Positions 58,516 through 64,000 of a stretch of DNA of 64,000 nt are shown in pieces. The notes below the pieces were generated by a model, which worked only from the letters and a program-made list of their open reading frames with translations, did no database searches and had not been told where the DNA came from. Origin of the DNA: a candidate division WOR-3 bacterium (GTDB lineage Bacteria; Hydrothermota; Tepidihabitantia; Tepidihabitantales; DTDR01); contig JBDRVN010000001.1 of the NCBI GenBank assembly GCA_039801885.1, forward strand, positions 4,586 to 68,585. Direction: 5' to 3'. Position 1 is the first letter of the stretch; each line of letters starts with the position of its first letter. Both the position numbers and the translations under genes were made by a program.

Positions 58516-60096
58516 ATGGAAACTTTAAAAACGGATATTTTAGTGATTGGTAGTGGTATTGCTGGTCTATGGTATGCTTATAAAATTGCTGATTTTGGTA
58601 GTGTTTTATTAATTACTAAAAAAGAGAGTAGTGAAAGTAATACCAATTATGCCCAAGGTGGAATTGCCGCAGCAGTTGGTGAAGATGATTTACCAACTAT
58701 CCATTATGAAGATACGGTAAAAGCCGGTGAAGGTTTGGCAAAAGAAAATATTGTCAAAATTGTTTGTGAAGAAGGTCCGAGGCTGGTTTATGAGTTGTAT
58801 AATTTGGGCGTAGAATTTTTAACTTATTATAACTCTTTTGGTAAATTAAGATTTGAATTGGGAAGAGAAGGCGGTCATTCGCGAAGAAGAATTGTCCACG
58901 CAAAAGATTATACCGGATACGCAATTGAAAAAGCATTAATAAATAGAGTGAAAGAAAAAAATGTAAAAATAATTGAAAACTGTTTTCTTATCGATCTTTT
59001 GGTAAAAGATAACGCTTGTTTTGGTGTTTATGCTTTTGACCAAAAAGAAAAGAAGTTTATAAAGATATTATCCCATCTTACATTATTAGCAACCGGTGGT
59101 TTAGGACAAATTTATCTTCACACAACTAATCCACCAATTGCTACCGGTGATGGAATTGCTATCGCTTTAGAAAAGGGAGTAAAAATTGCCAATATGGAGT
59201 TTATCCAATTTCATCCCACTTCTCTATTCGGCAGAAAAATAAATGGCCGCTCCTTTTTAATCTCAGAAGCAGTAAGAGGAGAAGGCGGAATTTTAAAAAC
59301 TTTAGATGGCAAGACTTTTATGGAAAAATATCATCCCTTGGCTTGTTTGGCTCCCAGAGATGTTGTTGCCCGGGCAATTGATAACGAATTAAAGAAGAGA
59401 AAAGAGGATTATGTTTTATTAGATTTAACACATTTAAATCCCGAAAAAATAAAATCCCGTTTTCCAAGAATATACGAAACTTGTTTAAAATTGGGTATTG
59501 ATATAGCAAAAGAACCGATTCCGGTGGTACCAGCTGCTCATTATATCTGCGGCGGAATTTTGATAAATGAATATGGAGAAACTAATATAAAAAATTTACT
59601 CTCCGCGGGCGAAGCTGCTTGCTCCGGAATGCATGGTGCCAATCGCTTGGCTTCTAATTCTTTATTGGAATCCTTAGTCTTTGCCGAAAGGGCATATTTA
59701 AAATCAAAGGAGTTATTAAAGGAAAAACAAAAAATTAAAGATTTCCAAATAAAAATTGATAAAATTTATGAAGATAAAAAAACTAACGATCTGGTTAAAG
59801 AGTTGAAAAAATTAATGTGGGAGAAAGTAGGTATTGTCCGTAATGATAAAGATTTACAACAAGCAATAGAAGAATTATATCAATTAAAAGAGGAGATTAA
59901 TAAAATCTTAGAAAAAGGTATGAGTATCTCCTCTTTGGAAGCAAAGAATATGATTATCTGTGGCTTATTAATCGCCTATTCCGCAAGTTTAAGAAAGGAA
60001 TCCCGCGGACTCCATTATAATCTTGACCATCCAAAAAAAGATGATACCAATTTTAAGAAAGATACAATTTTAACAAAGAATGATATCTTTAGATAA
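58516..60096 (+). CDS. nadB: L-aspartate oxidase
   Basis: An FAD-binding N-terminus DILVIGSGIAGL, fumarate-reductase-family motifs (HYICGGI, SGMHGANRLASNSLLE), and NadB-sized length (526 aa). Confidence 0.8.
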   Translation: METLKTDILVIGSGIAGLWYAYKIADFGSVLLITKKESSESNTNYAQGGIAAAVGEDDLPTIHYEDTVKAGEGLAKENIVKIVCEEGPRLVYELYNLGVEFLTYYNSFGKLRFELGREGGHSRRRIVHAKDYTGYAIEKALINRVKEKNVKIIENCFLIDLLVKDNACFGVYAFDQKEKKFIKILSHLTLLATGGLGQIYLHTTNPPIATGDGIAIALEKGVKIANMEFIQFHPTSLFGRKINGRSFLISEAVRGEGGILKTLDGKTFMEKYHPLACLAPRDVVARAIDNELKKRKEDYVLLDLTHLNPEKIKSRFPRIYETCLKLGIDIAKEPIPVVPAAHYICGGILINEYGETNIKNLLSAGEAACSGMHGANRLASNSLLESLVFAERAYLKSKELLKEKQKIKDFQIKIDKIYEDKKTNDLVKELKKLMWEKVGIVRNDKDLQQAIEELYQLKEEINKILEKGMSISSLEAKNMIICGLLIAYSASLRKESRGLHYNLDHPKKDDTNFKKDTILTKNDIFR

Positions 60097-60973
60097 TCTA
60101 ATTGAAAAATTTCATTATTATCTTTTATTAGAAAGAAAATTAAGTAAAGTTTCTGCGGAATTTTATTTAAGCGACACTAAGGAATTTTTAAACTGGTTAA
60201 AAAAAAATTTAGAGGATACTTCGGAAGAAGAAATAAAAAAATTTATCCGATATTTAGGAGAAAAAAAGAGGAATTCCTCAACAGTTGCTCGGAAAATTTC
60301 TTCTTTAAGGTCTTTTTTTTATTTCTTAAATAAAGAAGGAGTAATTTCAAAAAATCCGTTAGAAGAAATTGAAGCTCCTAAATTAAAAAGAAAATTGCCA
60401 ACAGTCCTAACCATTTCAGAAATTGAAAAATTGTTTAACACTTTGGAAAATAAAAAGGATTTAGAAGGTATTCGAGCAAAAGCAATGTTGGAATTACTTT
60501 ATGCTACTGGTATAAGGGTTTCCGAACTTTTAAATTTGAAAATTAACGATTTAAATTTAGAAGAGGGATTTATAAGAGTGTTTGGAAAAAGAGATAAAGA
60601 AAGGATTGTGCCGATGGGCGAACCGGCGATCTTAGCAATCAAAGAATACCTCAATTTGGTGCGACCTTCCCTTTTAAATAAAAAAGATATATCAATCCCT
60701 TATCTCTTTTTAAACCAAAGGGGAAAGAAGCTTACCCGTATGGGCTTTTGGAAAATCTTAAAAAAATATGTGAAATTAGCCAGTATTGAGAAAAAAATCA
60801 CCCCCCATACTTTTCGCCACACCTTTGCTACCCATCTTTTAGAAGGCGGAGCAAATTTAAGAGTTGTCCAGGAGTTATTAGGCCATTCCAATATTTCAAC
60901 TACCCAAATTTATACTAAAATAAATAAAGAGTATTTAAGACAAATCTATGATGCCTTCCATCCCCGAAGATAA
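60080..60973 (+). CDS. xerD: Site-specific tyrosine recombinase XerC/XerD family (second copy)
   Basis: HTFRHTFATHLLEGGANLRVVQELLGHSNISTTQIYT plus the upstream RVSEL box; 297 aa. Confidence 0.75.
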   Translation: MISLDNLIEKFHYYLLLERKLSKVSAEFYLSDTKEFLNWLKKNLEDTSEEEIKKFIRYLGEKKRNSSTVARKISSLRSFFYFLNKEGVISKNPLEEIEAPKLKRKLPTVLTISEIEKLFNTLENKKDLEGIRAKAMLELLYATGIRVSELLNLKINDLNLEEGFIRVFGKRDKERIVPMGEPAILAIKEYLNLVRPSLLNKKDISIPYLFLNQRGKKLTRMGFWKILKKYVKLASIEKKITPHTFRHTFATHLLEGGANLRVVQELLGHSNISTTQIYTKINKEYLRQIYDAFHPRR

Positions 60974-62075
60974 AAATGGGAAAATCTGCCCCTATTTTAA
61001 TAAATGTGGTGGTTGCGAGTTTCAAAATTTATCTTATGAAGAGCAACTAAATAGAAAAATTAATTTAGTAAAAGAATCTCTAAATATCTCTCATCTCCAA
61101 GTATTTCCTTCCAAACCTTTTCACTATCGTAACCGGATGGATTTTGCCTTTTTTAAAAATGGTATTGGTTTAAGAGAAAAAGGAAAATGGTATAAATTTG
61201 TTGATATTGAATATTGTTTAATCGCCAAAGAGAAGATAAATGTTCTTTTAAAAGAAGTAAGAGAATTTTTTAAAGATATTGATAGTTTTGATATTAGAAA
61301 ACATACCGGCACCTTTCGTTATGCAGTAATTAGAAGCGTTTTAACTTCTAACATTTCAATTATCATTAATCAAGAAAGTGAAAAGAAAGAAGAGGCAATA
61401 AATTTAATCAAAAACTTTGCCTTTATTACCTCTGCCGAAAATCTTTTAGTTTGTGAAATTCCGCCTAATGCCGATGTGAGCATTTCCGAAAACTACCAGG
61501 TAATTAAAGGAATTGATTTACTATATACAAAAATAAAGGAAAAAGAGTTTTATTTCCATTCTCAGGGTTTCTTTCAAATAAATGATAATTTAATTGAAAA
61601 CCTACATCAATATGTTACACAAATTTTAGAAAAATATGACACCACTAATGGCGAACTTTTAGATTTTTATGGTGGCGTAGGCGTTTTTGGAATTATTAAT
61701 AGTGAAAAATTTAAACAAATTATCATTATTGACAACTATCCCTTGTCATTAAATTTAGTAAAAAGAAATTGTGAAATAAATAAAATTAAAAATATTTCCT
61801 TCTTTTTATTAGAAGATAAAAACTTAAAAGAACTCTCTTTTAAAAATCCCCTATTTGTGATTGCTGATCCACCAAGAGTCGGAATTCATCCCAAAGCAAT
61901 AAAATATTTAAACAAACAAAAGCCGGAATTAATAATCTATATTTCTTGCAATCTCAACCAACTGATAAAGGATTTAAAAGAGTTTACCAATTACCAAATA
62001 AAATCGGTTGCTTTCTTTGACTTTTTCCCCCAAACAAGAAATATTGAACTGGTTTGCGAACTTGTCCCTATTTAA
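60948..62075 (+). CDS. RNA (uracil-5-)-methyltransferase, RumA/TrmA family, with an Fe-S Cys cluster
   Basis: An N-terminal CPYFNKCGGCEF Cys cluster and a SAM-binding motif DFYGGVGVFGI, with a C-terminal catalytic region; 375 aa. Confidence 0.65.
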   Translation: MMPSIPEDKNGKICPYFNKCGGCEFQNLSYEEQLNRKINLVKESLNISHLQVFPSKPFHYRNRMDFAFFKNGIGLREKGKWYKFVDIEYCLIAKEKINVLLKEVREFFKDIDSFDIRKHTGTFRYAVIRSVLTSNISIIINQESEKKEEAINLIKNFAFITSAENLLVCEIPPNADVSISENYQVIKGIDLLYTKIKEKEFYFHSQGFFQINDNLIENLHQYVTQILEKYDTTNGELLDFYGGVGVFGIINSEKFKQIIIIDNYPLSLNLVKRNCEINKIKNISFFLLEDKNLKELSFKNPLFVIADPPRVGIHPKAIKYLNKQKPELIIYISCNLNQLIKDLKEFTNYQIKSVAFFDFFPQTRNIELVCELVPI

Positions 62076-62079
62076 ATAT

Positions 62080-62397
62080 TTATAATCGCCATAAGAATTT
62101 GATTAACTCCCAGATTAAGAAAAAACCAAGAAGGATAAAAATCAATGGACCACCTAAGACATAAAAGGCTCTTAAAAAATCTAAGGGTCTTAATATAATT
62201 TCCGGTCGGATGATTAAAAGCCAAAAGATTGAGCCAATAACCACTGGAATCCATAATATTATCAAAAGAAAAATAATTGATTTAGAAAATTCCTTTTTAA
62301 AAATAAGCACCAAAGTAGTTGTTAAGACAATCAAGCTATATATCCCAAAAACAAAAAGAAAATTTATTAAAAAAGAACCAAGTTTTTCTGCCACCAA
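62080..62397 (-). CDS. Small membrane protein, unknown function
   Basis: 105-aa ORF with three predicted TM segments, convergent with the RumA-like gene. Confidence 0.3.
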   Translation of the reverse strand: MVAEKLGSFLINFLFVFGIYSLIVLTTTLVLIFKKEFSKSIIFLLIILWIPVVIGSIFWLLIIRPEIILRPLDFLRAFYVLGGPLIFILLGFFLIWELIKFLWRL

Positions 62398-62518
62398 AAA
62401 TTATAAATTAAATTATTTATCTATCAATATTAAAAAAATCTCTGGTTTTAGCCTCCTAAAAAATTTTCCTTGACATTTTAAAAATTTTTGCTGGATTTAT
62501 ATAGAAGGTTCTTTAATT

Positions 62519-62812
62519 TTAAAAGAAAAATGATCTAAAAAACTTTTCATAGTTTATTTTATCTTTTTTAAAAGAGATAACATTCGTCTGCGAACATTTT
62601 GCAAACGATTGAGAAAGTATGTCACATATACTTTTCCCCTTTTTTATTTTTTTATCATATATTCTATCCACTTTTTCACCAGATATTTTACCTTCTTCTA
62701 TTAACCGACGAATATGTTGAGGAATATTCCTAACCGTTTGGCAAGCTGCGGAACAGAAATAAAACCAAGCTCTTTTATTCTCCCTTAATCTCTTCCTTTT
62801 TAGATAATTCAT
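62519..62812 (-). CDS. Small basic hypothetical protein
   Basis: 97-aa lysine/arginine-rich ORF with no assignable family. Confidence 0.25.
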   Translation of the reverse strand: MNYLKRKRLRENKRAWFYFCSAACQTVRNIPQHIRRLIEEGKISGEKVDRIYDKKIKKGKSICDILSQSFAKCSQTNVISFKKDKINYEKFFRSFFF

Positions 62813-63119
62813 ATAATCTTTTGTATATTTTCATTTTTTATCCTCGGCTACTATAATAAATAAAGGAATAAATATCAAAGAGGGTATTTCAAAATGTCCT
62901 AAAAAGTCCCTAAATGTCTCTTTCTTTTCTTCCGATTTTTCCCTATATTATTAGTAATGATTTTAAAAAAGAGTTTTTTGATGGCAAATGCACCAATTAT
63001 AATTACTGCTGAGATTAAAACGGTAGATATTCTTGATTATAAAAATTTGATAAGGAAATTGGAAGAGAAGCGAAAAAAAATTCCTGTTGGGGGGATGATA
63101 CAGGGTAGGGCTTAGGTAT

Positions 63120-63218
63120 ATGGATAATAAGATTATTATTAATGGGAATAATAATACTTATATTAACGGTAATAATAATACCTTTATTAATGGCTTTAAT
63201 AATAAGTTTATTTTTTAG
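63120..63218 (+). other. 32-codon Asn-rich repeat ORF (MDNKIIINGNNNTYINGNNNTFINGFNNKFIF) within paralogous element copy 2; coding frame ambiguous
   Basis: ATG-initiated. The 24-nt periodic repeat is shared with 10988-11110. An overlapping alternative-frame hydrophobic ORF lies at 63142-63276. Confidence 0.2.
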
Positions 63219-63256
63219 AATTTGGCAGGACTTAAATAACTTGTGGAGGTATTGCT

Positions 63257-63385
63257 ATGCCTATCAGACCATCTGATAGGAAGATAAGAAAATGGAAATC
63301 TAAAGCAAATTCCATAACAATTTACCTTTTTTATATCAAATTACAAGATACTAAATTATCCAGTGATTGCTTTTATGAATTATAA
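63257..63385 (+). CDS. Small basic ORF (42 aa) with strong RBS
   Basis: GGAGG sits 7 nt upstream of the ATG; the peptide is MPIRPSDRKIRKWKSKANSITIYLFYIKLQDTKLSSDCFYEL. Confidence 0.25.
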   Translation: MPIRPSDRKIRKWKSKANSITIYLFYIKLQDTKLSSDCFYEL

Positions 63386-63589
63386 CAATATCAATCTAAA
63401 TGAACTTGCCGGAATATTTAGTAATCTTCTTAAAGTTATATGGCTCTTAATTGGAGTGATAAAAAGTTATTAAGGCATATTAAATTTCATTGTCGGGCTC
63501 AATATAGTTGCTGTTTTGAATTTAATTATAATATTGGCTATCGTATTGGCTTTTCCGAGAAGACGGTAAGAAACGCAAAAAAGAAATCA

Positions 63590-63900
63590 TTAAAATATTA
63601 GAAAAAATTTATTAGATTAGATAGAACCCAATTTGATGGTACTCGTGATTTTTCCGAAAGTTTGCAGTAGTAAATATGGGTGGCAAAACAGAAGAAATTG
63701 ATGTTACTGTTGGTAGTAAATAGGAATAGATTAATAAGGAAGGTGAATACATAGTAAAACCAAAATTTGATGAGGTTTCTTCTTTTTCTGAAGGTTTGGC
63801 AAAATAAGAATTGGTGACAAATATTTTTATATTAACAAGAAAGGTAAAATTGTTAAAAAAATTGAATGAATAAATTGATTAAAATTATGGATAGATTAAA
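63590..63900 (+). pseudogene. Degraded KWG/WG-repeat protein gene remnant
   Basis: Several frames give fragments separated by stops and frameshifts: PQFDGTRDFSESL, KYGW, EYIVKPKFDEVSSFSEGLAK, and IGDKYFYINKKGKIVKKIE. They match the WG-containing (KWG) repeat consensus. Confidence 0.4.
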
Positions 63901-64000
63901 AAAGAGAATAATTAATAAAAGGCAATTTCCTTGACTTATTTTTTCTTTTAGTTATAATTTTGTTATGCGTTTTCATTTACCGATTGAGGAAGAAGAATTA

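Overview
This 64-kb window is AT-rich (about 70% AT) bacterial chromosome, gene-dense on both strands and almost entirely housekeeping. It has the compact operons and frequent tRNA genes of a small-genome lineage. The T9SS-type C-terminal sorting domains point to the FCB (Bacteroidota-like) superphylum or a related candidate phylum.

Recognisable content:
- Rod-shape operon: mreB (5'-truncated), mreC, mreD, PBP2, rodA, followed by rlmN.
- A porGDAB 2-oxoacid:ferredoxin oxidoreductase operon.
- queH, family-4 UDG, an MGMT-like protein, ino1 (inositol-3-phosphate synthase), tmk, an S41 C-terminal protease, the CCA enzyme, and pyrimidine-nucleoside phosphorylase.
- A ferredoxin / BFD-like 2Fe-2S / FAD-oxidoreductase / GYD cluster.
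- ispF, a rhomboid protease, lpdA, two Xer tyrosine recombinases, and a PpiD/SurA-like chaperone.
- A phoH-ybeY-CNNM/CBS-CNNM/CBS-recO operon.
- A tryptophanase/TPL-family lyase, lnt, purN, tadA, nadB and a RumA-family methyltransferase.
- Nine tRNA genes, including a five-gene minus-strand cluster.
- At least eight secreted proteins with T9SS-type C-terminal domains: S8, M14 and M6 peptidases, a 14-blade repeat protein, and proteins of unknown function.

I see no CRISPR array, rRNA, transposase or prophage. Main observations worth a second look:
- An in-frame TGA followed by a GC-rich GGUC-loop hairpin joins two ORFs into one T9SS cargo protein. This could be a selenocysteine codon or a pseudogene.
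- A two-copy paralogous small-ORF/repeat element has strict 24-nt periodicity.
- A GC-rich palindromic motif recurs in three long intergenic regions.
- A metalloprotease gene has no start codon between the 3' end of tRNA-Ser and its signal-peptide-like segment.
- Remnants of a KWG-repeat pseudogene lie at the window end.
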